NCBI GenBank assembly: GCA_035637535.1
Contig: DASPWZ010000005.1
Location: forward strand, 6,111-70,110
Length of the DNA: 64,000 nucleotides
DNA from: Candidatus Dormiibacterota bacterium
GTDB taxonomy: Archaea; Thermoproteota; Bathyarchaeia; 40CM-2-53-6
Direction of reading: 5' to 3'
The translations under genes were made by a program, and so were the position numbers. Under the pieces are notes generated by a model, which was not told where the DNA came from, did not search any database, and saw only the letters and a program-made list of their open reading frames with translations. Of the stretch, positions 1 through 11,929 are shown in pieces. The stretch's first letter is position 1. Every line of letters starts with the position of its first letter.

Positions 1-396
1 CTGATAAGAAAATGTTTGATTGGCTGGTTCTAAGCCCTAAACTGGAAGACTCGCATAGAACAGTTTCAGCTGGCGAGAGGCCTCCGGAAAAAAGGGGGGT
101 AGCAATATGATCCTCGTGACGCGAGAGTGCCGTCTGGAGTAGAGTCGCGGTAGCAAGATGGCCCTAGAAGTGAACCTGGATCAGCAATCCGCCAGGGGGG
201 TTCTACATTGCCCCACAGTTCACGCAATAATGATTCCGCTAGTGCCCAAAATTGAAAAACAGTTGACTAGCCCTGTTCTGCGCGAAAAACAGATGAATTC
301 TCCAGGAAACGTTTGAGACTGGAAATGGATTCTTCCTAGAATTTAGGAAAAAAAGTTTCCCCGCGATACAAAACGGCCCTGGGATATACTTCCCTG

Positions 397-1158
397 TTAG
401 GAGAGTGGTTTTGAGCTCTCCCAGAGATATTCGAAGTAGCTCTTACCAAACTTTACGAGACCAATATGGTCCGAGGATATGGCTAACGTCAATCCTTTCT
501 GGGGATCCTCGCCAAGTAGTATCACTATTTGGTTATCGTCCGAGATGATCCCTCCACCGAACATTTGTTCTCTAGTACGGACCTGAGCCAGACCCTTCAG
601 TTTTCGGATCGTGTCCCGGCTCGTCGTCTGAGGGACCATAACGGAGACATTGACTCCTTTGCTCTTCATCAATCCAAGAACGGGTAGTGCCATTGAGACG
701 ATCGGGTCGGGCGCCACCGGCATCGCCACGAAAAGCTCTTGCCTGGTTCGTCCGAGAGTCTCTCTTATCTTGTCCAGGATATTGTTCTGACCTCTCACAA
801 TCCAAATGTCTGGTTTCTCCCGGACACCCTTCTTCTCATAGAGCGGTTGAAGTTCTTCCATCGCGTCTGCCTGGCTCGATTTCAGCGTCGTCTCTAGCCG
901 AGCCCTAGATGATTCCAGGGCAGTAGACGGAGCCTTGGGATAGTACTTGCTGGGTCTACCCTGTTCGGTCTCGACCCATCCCTTCCGCTCAAGATTTCCC
1001 AGAATCTCATAGATCTTAGAGTAGGGGATCGAAGCGGTACGGCTGAGCTCGCTAGCAGCCTGAGTGCCCGATTCAACTAGTGAAACGTAAACCTTAGCTT
1101 CGTACTCTGTCAGGCCAAACTCTTTCAGCGCCCTTCTCGTCTTCTCGCTAACAGACAT
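397..1158 (-). CDS. TrmB-family transcriptional regulator
   Basis: N-terminal wHTH 'LKEFGLTEYEAKVYVSL...IPYSKIYEILGNLERKGWVE..GRPSKY' typical of TrmB, followed by an effector-type C-terminal domain. Confidence 0.9.
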   Translation of the reverse strand: MSVSEKTRRALKEFGLTEYEAKVYVSLVESGTQAASELSRTASIPYSKIYEILGNLERKGWVETEQGRPSKYYPKAPSTALESSRARLETTLKSSQADAMEELQPLYEKKGVREKPDIWIVRGQNNILDKIRETLGRTRQELFVAMPVAPDPIVSMALPVLGLMKSKGVNVSVMVPQTTSRDTIRKLKGLAQVRTREQMFGGGIISDDNQIVILLGEDPQKGLTLAISSDHIGLVKFGKSYFEYLWESSKPLS

Positions 1159-1363
1159 TTCCGATTACGACCCTAGACCGAATCGACCAGTAAAATCGTG
1201 CAAGTTTAACAGTCCAGATTCCCATGAGAAGAATCGTAGCCTTGCACAGGATCATGTTGTAGACCAAATTCTCTCAAGGATCGTGTAGCTTTGGAAAGAG
1301 AGTGTAAATACCTTCTCGGCCCTGTTCTGGGGGAAGAGAAAGTCTCCCCGGATCATGTAAGCG

Positions 1364-2515
1364 TTGATCGACAAGAGTTCAGTTATCAACAGTCTCCGCG
1401 GAGTTCTTGACCCCGAGATCGGCATCAGTATCGTCGATCTCAACATGGTCCGAGATGTTTCGATAGAAGACAGCCATGTTAAAGTCATCATTGCACTAAC
1501 GGTTGCTCATTGTCCTCTTGCGAAGACTCTCCAAACCGATGTTGAGAAGGCCTTGAAGAAATCAGGCGACATCAAATCCGTAACAGTTGAGACAACGGCA
1601 ATGTCCAAGACAGAGCTAAACGAGCTCAGGACGAATCTCCAGGCCAGAGCGGCTCAAACCTCACCCCGGCAAGGAAACAGTCCAGGCCCAGGCATCGATA
1701 GGCTGGGAAAGCGCGACTTGAGAAACATAATCGCGATCGCGTCGGGCAAGGGTGGAGTCGGAAAATCTTTCGTCACCAGCATGTTGGCCGTCCAGCTCCG
1801 AAGGCTAGGATACGAAGTGGGCATCCTAGACGCTGATTTGACAGGGCCCAGCATAGCCAAAGTGTTCGGGCTCAAAGACCGGCCCTCCAAAACTCCCTCT
1901 GGCCGCATAACCCCTGTCCTAACTAGGACCGGAATCAAAGTGATGTCAATCAACCTGGTTCTGGATGATCCGGAGATGCCTGTCATATGGAGAGGCCCAA
2001 TCGTGAACAGTGTCATTCGACAACTCTACTGGGACGTCGATTGGGGATCCCTACACTATCTCCTCGTTGACCTTCCCCCCGGAACTAGCGACGCACCGCT
2101 AACAGTCCTCCAGTCCTTGCCATTAGACGGAGTCATCATCGTATCCTCTCCCCAACAACTAGCCTCAATGATCGTCACTAAGGCCGTCAATATGGCGAAG
2201 AAGATGAATGCTGAACTGCTAGGCCTGGTAGAGAACATGAGCTATCTAACATGCCCCCACTGTGGTAAGTCTATCAATGTCTTTGGAGAGCCGCAGGGAG
2301 AGAAACTAGCAAAGCAGCTCGACATACCCTTCCTAGGGTCAGTCCCCGTAGACCCGACAATTGCTCGATTGTCAGACCATGGCCAGATAGAGGACTACTC
2401 AGCGTCTGTCTTTCAGACTGTTGCAGACGAGCTTCGAATCAGGGCATCCCAACACGCTCAACGACTAATGCAGGGCCTCCCGATAGCATGGTCTATTCAA
2501 CCCTCGGAGAGTTGA
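1364..2515 (+). CDS. mrp: Mrp/NBP35 Fe-S cluster carrier ATPase with N-terminal DUF59 domain
   Basis: N-terminal 'VLDPEIGISIVDLNMV...TVAHCP' (DUF59), deviant Walker A SGKGGVGKS, WRGP, DLPPGTSD, ENMS..CPHC; TTG start. Confidence 0.93.
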   Translation: MIDKSSVINSLRGVLDPEIGISIVDLNMVRDVSIEDSHVKVIIALTVAHCPLAKTLQTDVEKALKKSGDIKSVTVETTAMSKTELNELRTNLQARAAQTSPRQGNSPGPGIDRLGKRDLRNIIAIASGKGGVGKSFVTSMLAVQLRRLGYEVGILDADLTGPSIAKVFGLKDRPSKTPSGRITPVLTRTGIKVMSINLVLDDPEMPVIWRGPIVNSVIRQLYWDVDWGSLHYLLVDLPPGTSDAPLTVLQSLPLDGVIIVSSPQQLASMIVTKAVNMAKKMNAELLGLVENMSYLTCPHCGKSINVFGEPQGEKLAKQLDIPFLGSVPVDPTIARLSDHGQIEDYSASVFQTVADELRIRASQHAQRLMQGLPIAWSIQPSES

Positions 2516-2610
2516 CGCGAACATCATCCGAGCGTATTAATACTCGGAGTCGCCTATTAACAGGAGTCGAGTGGGGGCAACCTACCCCGCAAGCTAACCT
2601 CGTGAGGACC

Positions 2611-3081
2611 ATGACCAAGAAGAAAACGCGAAGCAATAAGGTCAAATCAAATAGAGTCTCGAAGAAGCTCACTAAGCGGACTCGTGCTCGTAACCAAAGG
2701 CTGCAAAGAAAACCAATCTCAAAAGCGGTCGATAGGGGTCCAATAGCCGCAAGCATCCCGTTGCAGGCCGGACCTTCGCCGCCCCAAGCCTTGGATGGTT
2801 CCCGAGTCTTCACCATAGAGATAGATTCGATTCGCGCTGAGACTACGATCGGGGATCTGATAGTCGCTTTTCCGAGGACAAGAGACGTTCTGATGAAACA
2901 TGGACTAAGGTTTGATGTTGAGGAAGCTGGTTATCTCTACATGACGCTCAGCGTCTTTTCGGCTATTCACGGTCTCGGTCTGACAGGTTTCCTCCAGGAA
3001 CTAGATGTTGCCTCGAAGGAACTGCCTCTTCCGCCTCTTGCCCCACCTGTACGTCAAATACTCTCACCTCCGGCAACTTGA
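2611..3081 (+). CDS. DUF1858-like protein with Lys/Arg-rich N-terminal extension
   Basis: 'TTIGDLIVAFPRTRDVLMKHGL...TL..FSAIHGL...FLQEL' resembles DUF1858; likely start is ATG 2611 (track start 2488 overlaps mrp). Confidence 0.6.
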   Translation: MTKKKTRSNKVKSNRVSKKLTKRTRARNQRLQRKPISKAVDRGPIAASIPLQAGPSPPQALDGSRVFTIEIDSIRAETTIGDLIVAFPRTRDVLMKHGLRFDVEEAGYLYMTLSVFSAIHGLGLTGFLQELDVASKELPLPPLAPPVRQILSPPAT

Positions 3082-3160
3082 CAATTCGTTTCCGTAAAGT
3101 CTCCTTTTCTGCTCAAGTCTAAAGCAAGAGAGAAATGCATCCACGTAGTTTCGCGAGTGG

Positions 3161-3436
3161 ATGGGAGCCCGAGCAAGAATCCTGATTACGGGTTTGGTCC
3201 AGGGGGTCTTCTTCAGAAGAGAGATGACTGACCTTGCTAGGAGACTTGGAATCTCTGGATGGGTGAGAAACCTTCCAGATGGTAAGGTTGAGGCTCTAGC
3301 CGAGGGAGAGAGAGCGCGATTGGACGAACTAATTCGATTCTGCCATGTTGGTCCGCGAGGTGCAGTCGTGAGAAAAGTCGAGGTCGAATGGTCAGACTAT
3401 TCGGGAGAGTTCAGAGGATTCAGGATCACGAAATGA
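3161..3436 (+). CDS. acyP: Acylphosphatase
   Basis: GLVQGVFFR and GWVRNLPDGKVE signatures. Confidence 0.95.
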   Translation: MGARARILITGLVQGVFFRREMTDLARRLGISGWVRNLPDGKVEALAEGERARLDELIRFCHVGPRGAVVRKVEVEWSDYSGEFRGFRITK

Positions 3437-3535
3437 AAAAGCAGACAACATCAGTAAAGTCTCAACCCGAAAAAATGACTTGATGTTTAAGGTCCTACCA
3501 AAAGGTAAAAGAAACCGCCCTCGGGGACTTCTGTC

Positions 3536-3701
3536 GCTCCGGTGGTGTAGCCCGGTTTAGCATAGCGGCCTTTGTCTCAATAGCGTGGGGCGGCCAGTCG
3601 AGCCCTAGATCGGGGAGGCTTTCAGGAGGACAAGCCCCAGAGCCGTTGATCGCGGGTTCAAACGCGGCAGTAAGCTGCTGAAAGTCCCGCCCGGAGCACC
3701 A
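3536..3701 (+). tRNA. tRNA-Glu (probably TTC) with three putative introns (~3573-3597, 3601-3640, 3663-3684)
   Basis: Acceptor GCTCCGG/CCGGAGC-A-CCA, D arm TGGTGTAGCCCGG, anticodon stem GCGGC/GCCGT, T arm GCGGG-TTCAAA..T-CCCGC; removing three inserts restores a canonical cloverleaf. Confidence 0.85.
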
Positions 3702-3770
3702 TCATTCAGAGTCTTGCTTAAGAGACAAGATTTGTCTAGTGAAGCGTTCGGTCGCTCTGAATGATCTGCC

Positions 3771-4184
3771 CTACATGCTTTCGTAGAATTTTCGGGCCAG
3801 ATTGACTGCATCTTGGGATCTGCTCGTGATGGTCTTATATTCCGGTCGACCTTCTCCCGCAATAGAAGCAGCTTTTTCGAAAAACTTCCTGACGCCTTCT
3901 GGATCTCCACGGTACAGCGCAATCCCACCCGCAATCCTGTACCATACTTCGGCCCGAATCTTGTTTCCATTTGAGTCAAAGGTGGTCGCTTGGCTGACGG
4001 CATCTTCCAACGACGTGGTGATTTTCTTCGGGTCGAGGAAGAGGAGTCTGGAGAGAGACTGATACATCTCAGCGTCGCCAACAGTTATCTCCTGAAGCTT
4101 GCTAAGAACCAGCGCCTCTTGGTTTTCCAGCGGACTTCCGGTAGGAGGGGGCTGGTTTTTCTTCTTGCCAAACAGACCGAGCAT
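3771..4184 (-). CDS. Hypothetical helical (TPR-like) protein with MLGLFGKKK N-terminus
   Basis: 137-aa ORF with helical-repeat-like 'AEVWYRIAGGIALYRGDPEGVRKFFEKAA'. Confidence 0.7.
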   Translation of the reverse strand: MLGLFGKKKNQPPPTGSPLENQEALVLSKLQEITVGDAEMYQSLSRLLFLDPKKITTSLEDAVSQATTFDSNGNKIRAEVWYRIAGGIALYRGDPEGVRKFFEKAASIAGEGRPEYKTITSRSQDAVNLARKFYESM

Positions 4185-4300
4185 CAGTTAGACCACTTCT
4201 TCCACTTGCCGAGTGGTCAGGGTCCGGCCAAGCCCATTTAAGAGTTCATTCCCGAATGTTGATATTGACGAGCGACCATTCTTGGAGGCGATCAGATAAG

Positions 4301-4411
4301 ATGAGTGTAGAAGACAAGCTAGTGCGACGACGCGAGCTGAAGGAGAAATCTCGAAAAAGGAAGAGAGGGCCCTATCGAAAGGCTTCAAGCGGAAGACTCA
4401 TCAAATATTAG
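4301..4411 (+). CDS. Small basic protein (36 aa) MSVEDKLVRRRELKEKSRKRKRGPYRKASSGRLIKY
   Basis: Read manually: ATG 4301 to TAG 4411, GGAGG at 4284-4288, TATA-like TTTAAG at 4237; fills an otherwise empty gap. Confidence 0.7.
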   Translation: MSVEDKLVRRRELKEKSRKRKRGPYRKASSGRLIKY

Positions 4412-4550
4412 TCAACTTCACCGCGTTAGAGAAGTTCTGAGAACCGAGTTGACTCTAATCCAAATTGAATGTTAGTTAATGGGAGGGCGCTCGAGCGACT
4501 GGCTCTGGCCTAGTCTTACGATTTTAAGAATAATGAACTGAGGGGATTCT

Positions 4551-5000
4551 TCAGGAGAGCACAGGGATACGCCTATACTTTCCAATGCTGCTGGGTTCTA
4601 TGCTCACTAATTCAGAGCAGCTGTGGTTTCCGAAGCATATAGTGCAATGCTCTACATCCCATGTCGGATCTACCTTGCGGCAAGTCTCGCACATCAGACC
4701 CAGCGCCCGAATATCAGTGCAAGCCTGGCACAGTTTCTGTGACACTGCAAGAGGGTTCGGGTTCCCGGTTAACATGGACGCAAGGTCTTTACTCATCGCC
4801 TTGACTTCTGGGGCGGCTTCAAGCTCGACAGCTTCTCCACGGACCTGATGCTGATACTTGCTTACAGCCGCCTGAGTTACTCCCAGTTTCCTCGCGACCT
4901 GTTCCTGCTTTAGCCCGTATTCTTCTATGAGTTCCCTAGCCACAAGTGCGCGTAGCGCTGGGATAACTGACTTCGAGGCCACTTCGCAGGGAATTATCAA
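4551..5000 (-). CDS. XRE-like HTH transcriptional regulator with Cys-rich C-terminus (COG2522-like)
   Basis: 'PCEV...IPALRALVARELIEEYGLKQEQVARKLGVTQAAVSKY'; C-terminal CQAC, CETC, CTIC. Confidence 0.85.
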   Translation of the reverse strand: MIIPCEVASKSVIPALRALVARELIEEYGLKQEQVARKLGVTQAAVSKYQHQVRGEAVELEAAPEVKAMSKDLASMLTGNPNPLAVSQKLCQACTDIRALGLMCETCRKVDPTWDVEHCTICFGNHSCSELVSIEPSSIGKYRRIPVLS

Positions 5001-5041
5001 ACAGAGACGGTAATTGAAGAGGACGAGTAGCCTATTTAAAC

Positions 5042-5055
5042 ATGACCTACGTCAT
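5042..5055. promoter_or_regulatory. Palindromic operator ATGAC-N4-GTCAT
   Basis: Perfect palindrome next to a TTTAAA box at 5035-5040; near-copy ATGAC-CAAT-GTGAT at 5171-5184. Confidence 0.55.
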
Positions 5056-5183
5056 ACTCCAAGTCGTGTCGGCCTGCATTATTGTAGCCCGCTGGTCGAA
5101 TAGTCAATCGCTATGTTCTGAGATTAACTGCCTACGTCTGCTCGGGAGACACGAATGCATAAATGAAATCATGACCAATGTGA

Positions 5184-5510
5184 TTGGGGGAGAACAACGT
5201 GGTTACAGTAGATGAGGTGACAAAGGAGCTTGAGAAAGTTGTGGATCCAGAGATCGGCCTTCCGATAACTGAGATGCACCTAGTGGACGAGATCGATATC
5301 AAGGAAGATGGAATCTTGTTCATCAAGTATCATCTCACAGCTCCATTCTGTCCGCCGATTTTCGCGGAGGATATCGGAATGAACATTCGCCAACTTACCT
5401 CGAAGCTAGATGGAGTGAAGAAGGTGACGGTAATTCTTCACGGTCACGCTTTGGCGAACGAGATCAACCAAAGAGTGAATCCCGACTACACTCCTCCCCC
5501 TTCACCTTAG
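5184..5510 (+). CDS. DUF59 (SufT/PaaD-like) Fe-S maturation protein
   Basis: 'LEKVVDPEIGLPITEMHLV...LTAPFCP' DPE/T/C motif. Confidence 0.9.
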   Translation: MGENNVVTVDEVTKELEKVVDPEIGLPITEMHLVDEIDIKEDGILFIKYHLTAPFCPPIFAEDIGMNIRQLTSKLDGVKKVTVILHGHALANEINQRVNPDYTPPPSP

Positions 5511-5563
5511 CAGAGGTTCGGGTCGAGAGAGCGAATATTCTCGTGTCGATAGTTTAGCAGACT

Positions 5564-6268
5564 CTATCGGACAGCTTCGTACAGAAAGCCGCCCAGCAGT
5601 CCTCCGAAGATTGGCCCAACGATGTATATCCACAAAGTTGCAAAGGGTGTCAAACTGAACGCGGCGGAAGCAATCGTGGGACCCCACGTCCTAGCGGGAT
5701 TCAGAGACGCTCCAGATATGGGACCGAACATCCAGATCGACGCTGCCAGAACTAGTCCGATGGCAACGCCTGCCCATGACTGATCAGCCTTCTTGTCGGT
5801 CGCGCCGAATATTGTGAATACTAGAATGGCGGTCGCAACAACCTCGGCGAGCAGTGCCGCTCCGATAGTGAAACCTGATCCTGGAGTAGTATCGCCTAGA
5901 AAAGTTGCCTTCGCAATATCGTAGGTCCCGCTCGATGAAGACCATAGGGCAAGCTGAACGAGTCCGGCGATCGTAGCGCCGACTAACTGGGCAATGATGT
6001 ATGGGGCGACTCGTCTGGGCTCTAGCCTCTTGGTAGCCCAGGACGCGATTGTGACCGCCGGGTTAATGTGAGCACCTGAGATGTGTCCTATCGAATATAC
6101 TGCCACCAACAGCGCGACGCCATGGGCTAGTCCTATGACCCCCAACGCAGCCGCTGTCGATCCAAACCCATCGGCTAACCTAGTAGCTGTTATGGTTCCC
6201 GGGCCGACGAGAGTCAGAAGAAATGTTCCGTAAGCCTCGGCGGCTGAAGCACGTCTTATACCGTTCAA
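5564..6268 (-). CDS. Aquaporin (MIP family)
   Basis: SGAHINPAVT and ASLNPART NPA motifs; six hydrophobic helices. Confidence 0.95.
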   Translation of the reverse strand: MNGIRRASAAEAYGTFLLTLVGPGTITATRLADGFGSTAAALGVIGLAHGVALLVAVYSIGHISGAHINPAVTIASWATKRLEPRRVAPYIIAQLVGATIAGLVQLALWSSSSGTYDIAKATFLGDTTPGSGFTIGAALLAEVVATAILVFTIFGATDKKADQSWAGVAIGLVLAASIWMFGPISGASLNPARTWGPTIASAAFSLTPFATLWIYIVGPIFGGLLGGFLYEAVR

Positions 6269-6425
6269 ATTGGAGCCTAATCGTGGGGCTTAGGCTATAT
6301 AGTGCTTGTTTTTAGCCGCCGAAACCCGCGAGCTAAAGCAGTGGATATTCAACTGCTTTGCCGGTACGGTTGTGTACAAGCAAGATTATTTCTATGGTTT
6401 CAGCAATAATGGTGTTGAATAGTCG

Positions 6426-9204
<2,779 letters not shown>

Positions 9205-9535
9205 GCACAGACTACCCCTGCATTCTTATCACGACCGCTCATGAATCTGAGAGCCACCCCCTGGGAGGGGGTCGGACTTGCGACTCTTCCAGAATGGGCT
9301 TATTTTTCGCGTCTCTCATTGGTTCTGCCTTGAATGTTGAATCTGTCGAGCGCCAAAAACGAGCAGGTGCCGCAAGGAAAACGAGCATTTAGCGACAAGA
9401 AGAATACAGAGTTTGGGAAGTGTCTCTAGCGTTTTTGAAATGCTACCCTAGGGCGGGAAATTGTTAGCAGAAATGATAAGGTTTGCTTAGACTGTGAGAG
9501 TCATTCGAGGCGACAGACTTGTCCTAGTTCAGGTC

Positions 9536-10387
9536 TCAGAGACTGTATGGGATCCGTAAGTCCTGCCCGGCGGTTCTAAAACCGAGCTTGATGGATAGTG
9601 GCGGGCGTCTCTTGTGCTCGGATTTGAGCCATCGAATTCGGACTTTTTCCACGGTGCGCCGCGGAATCCGTAATTCATCGCTTATTTCTTCGGGGGACAT
9701 CCATCTCTCAAGCCTCCACAGGATTGAGTCCAGCTTGCTGTACTCTAATCCAAGCTCATCTTCGGCGACTTGTCCAGGCCAGAGCTCCGGGCTAGAGGGC
9801 TTTGAGAAGATTCTTCGCGGAAGTCCCAAGTGTCTTGCGAGATCTCTAACTGCACTCTTGTAGAGGTCAGCTATCGGTTGGATATCGCAGGCACCATCGC
9901 CGTATTTTGTGAAGTATCCGAGCATGATCTCACTCTTGTCACCGGTGCCCACGACAAGCCCTTTGCTTGTGTTTGCATAGTAGTAGAGGATCATTGCCCG
10001 GAGCCGAGATTTCACATTCCCGTGGGCAATGAGACTGTACTTCATCTTTGACGGGTGAAGTACCTTTGCAGCGGCCTGTACGAGAGATGTCATGTCCAGA
10101 GTCTTGAACCTGATTCCGAACTGTCCCGCAACCTCTTGTGCGTCCTGCACGCTCTTCCGGCTTCTCGTCTCAGCCTCGGGAAGACAGAACCCAAAGGTCC
10201 TCTGTCCGCCTAGAGCTTTCGAACATAAAGCGGCCGTGACGCTTGAATCGAGCCCGCCGGACATACCGACTACGAGATGTCTCGCGCCTATTCTTTCAGA
10301 ATGTGTTCTGAGAAATCGTACAATTCTGTCAACAGTCTCGTCCGGGTCTCCGACTGAAAATGGATTGGCTCCCGACCTTGAGCGCAT
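9536..10387 (-). CDS. nadE: NH3-dependent NAD+ synthetase
   Basis: SGGLDS, GNVKSRLR, GYFTKYGDG, SEHKRR. Confidence 0.95.
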   Translation of the reverse strand: MRSRSGANPFSVGDPDETVDRIVRFLRTHSERIGARHLVVGMSGGLDSSVTAALCSKALGGQRTFGFCLPEAETRSRKSVQDAQEVAGQFGIRFKTLDMTSLVQAAAKVLHPSKMKYSLIAHGNVKSRLRAMILYYYANTSKGLVVGTGDKSEIMLGYFTKYGDGACDIQPIADLYKSAVRDLARHLGLPRRIFSKPSSPELWPGQVAEDELGLEYSKLDSILWRLERWMSPEEISDELRIPRRTVEKVRIRWLKSEHKRRPPLSIKLGFRTAGQDLRIPYSL

Positions 10388-10425
10388 AGTCGTCCCCCGA
10401 GTAGGGTGGATAAAACCGGAATGGT

Positions 10426-11685
10426 CTAGCTGACGATCCGTGAGTCTCGTTCTTCGGAGCCCAAGTTTCGGAATAGAGTCGTAACTCGATCTATTGTCAC
10501 GAAGGGCTCTCCTTGGAATGATGCTTCGCTAGCTGCCTCTTGTACGATGTTCTTCATGTCTCGCGGTGTAATTACGTACTGGTCCTTCACTATTATTCCC
10601 CGATCAGGAATCGATGCCTCGTACACTTGGCGTCGCGAGCGGATGATACGCCATATCTCATCGAACGCTTCCTCGGTGAGTCCGCCGTCATACTTGGAGA
10701 TCGACGGGTCAACCTCGACTTTGGATAAGTAGAAGTCTAAGATCTTCTTGACCTCTTCTCGCGTCTTTGGGGGAGGCACGTAGATTATCCGTTTCATTCG
10801 GTCCAATAGCGCTGGGTCGATGACGCTAGGGTAGTTGGTAGCGAAGATTACCGCGACGTTCCGGTTGACGTGGAATCCTTCGCCGAGTTCTGTGAGGATC
10901 TGGTTGAGCATTCCCTGAACATCTCGTCCGGCATCAGTTGTAGCTTCCATTCTTGCCCGGCCGATCGCATCCACCTCGTCGATGAACAGGATAGTTGGAG
11001 CGGATTCTCTTGCTAGTTTGAATACTTCCTTGACGTTCTTCGCGGATTCTCCGAGCCACTTTGAGACTATTTCATAGCTCTCTATCTTTAGAAAGCTGGT
11101 GTTCTGCCCGTGTTTGCTGATCGTTCCCGCCACTGCCTTGGCCATGTAGGTCTTGCCTGTTCCTGGCGGTCCAAATAGGAGAACTGATCCCGCTTCCTCC
11201 AACATTCGAGGGTCTCGAATAATCTGTTCCCTCCTCGTCCTTGTTTCCGGGTCCAGTATCCATTCGATGGCCTGCCTCAGGCTGAGCAATTCCTTCCCCA
11301 GACCCACGATGTCTTCATAGAAGACCTTGGGCGCTTTCTCAACTTGGTACTCGAGGAGACTGCGGTCCCTCATGCGTTCTATTACGTCAACGATGACGCC
11401 TTTTGTAGGGGACAGTACTGCGTCGACGCTAGTGGTTACCTTGTCTCTTACTTCAGGTGGAATACTAACTTGGAATGCTTGGCCTCCAGATAATCGGACG
11501 AGTGCCGTGTCTCCCTTTACCTCCTCCACGGTGCCGATGGGTCGCATGCCCTGTTTGAGCTCCTCCATCAGATTGTGATAGCGTCGGAGTTCAGTTTGGA
11601 GATATTCTATCTGGCGTTCCTTTCGCGTCAGCTCTTTCTCAAGTTCGAGCGCTGGAGGATATTCTGGCGCGTTTTGCTCAGCCAT
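10426..11685 (-). CDS. AAA+ ATPase with PAN-like coiled-coil/OB N-domain
   Basis: Coiled coil then OB-like region; GPPGTGKT, SKWLGES, FIDEVD, ATNYP..IDPALLDR. Confidence 0.85.
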   Translation of the reverse strand: MAEQNAPEYPPALELEKELTRKERQIEYLQTELRRYHNLMEELKQGMRPIGTVEEVKGDTALVRLSGGQAFQVSIPPEVRDKVTTSVDAVLSPTKGVIVDVIERMRDRSLLEYQVEKAPKVFYEDIVGLGKELLSLRQAIEWILDPETRTRREQIIRDPRMLEEAGSVLLFGPPGTGKTYMAKAVAGTISKHGQNTSFLKIESYEIVSKWLGESAKNVKEVFKLARESAPTILFIDEVDAIGRARMEATTDAGRDVQGMLNQILTELGEGFHVNRNVAVIFATNYPSVIDPALLDRMKRIIYVPPPKTREEVKKILDFYLSKVEVDPSISKYDGGLTEEAFDEIWRIIRSRRQVYEASIPDRGIIVKDQYVITPRDMKNIVQEAASEASFQGEPFVTIDRVTTLFRNLGSEERDSRIVS

Positions 11686-11929
11686 GCCAGGGTCTGACTA
11701 CTGATTGTCCGACCGGAGATAAATAGATATGGGCTATCAGAATCAAGCTCAAACTATGTGCTTGGTCCTATGATCAATACATGGGACATGCTATGGAGTC
11801 GGGAAGATGCCAATCACCCAAGATGGTTCTTAGAAAGTAAAGAATAGAGAGAATCTCCGAATTCGGCCGTTTGTCCTTCGGACGGATGATAATGGAGAAA
11901 TCTCTTTGGGAGTGCTGGCTTTTGGGAGC

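Noticed and set aside
3605-4081. 158-aa minus-strand ORF
   Set aside because: Overlaps tRNA-Glu and the better ORF 3771-4184 in another frame
9356-9387. AAAACGAGCA direct repeat (two copies)
   Set aside because: Only two short copies between convergent genes; not CRISPR-like
11770-11847. 25-aa Trp-rich ORF MINTWDMLWSREDANHPRWFLESKE
   Set aside because: Too short, with no clear ribosome-binding site or other support
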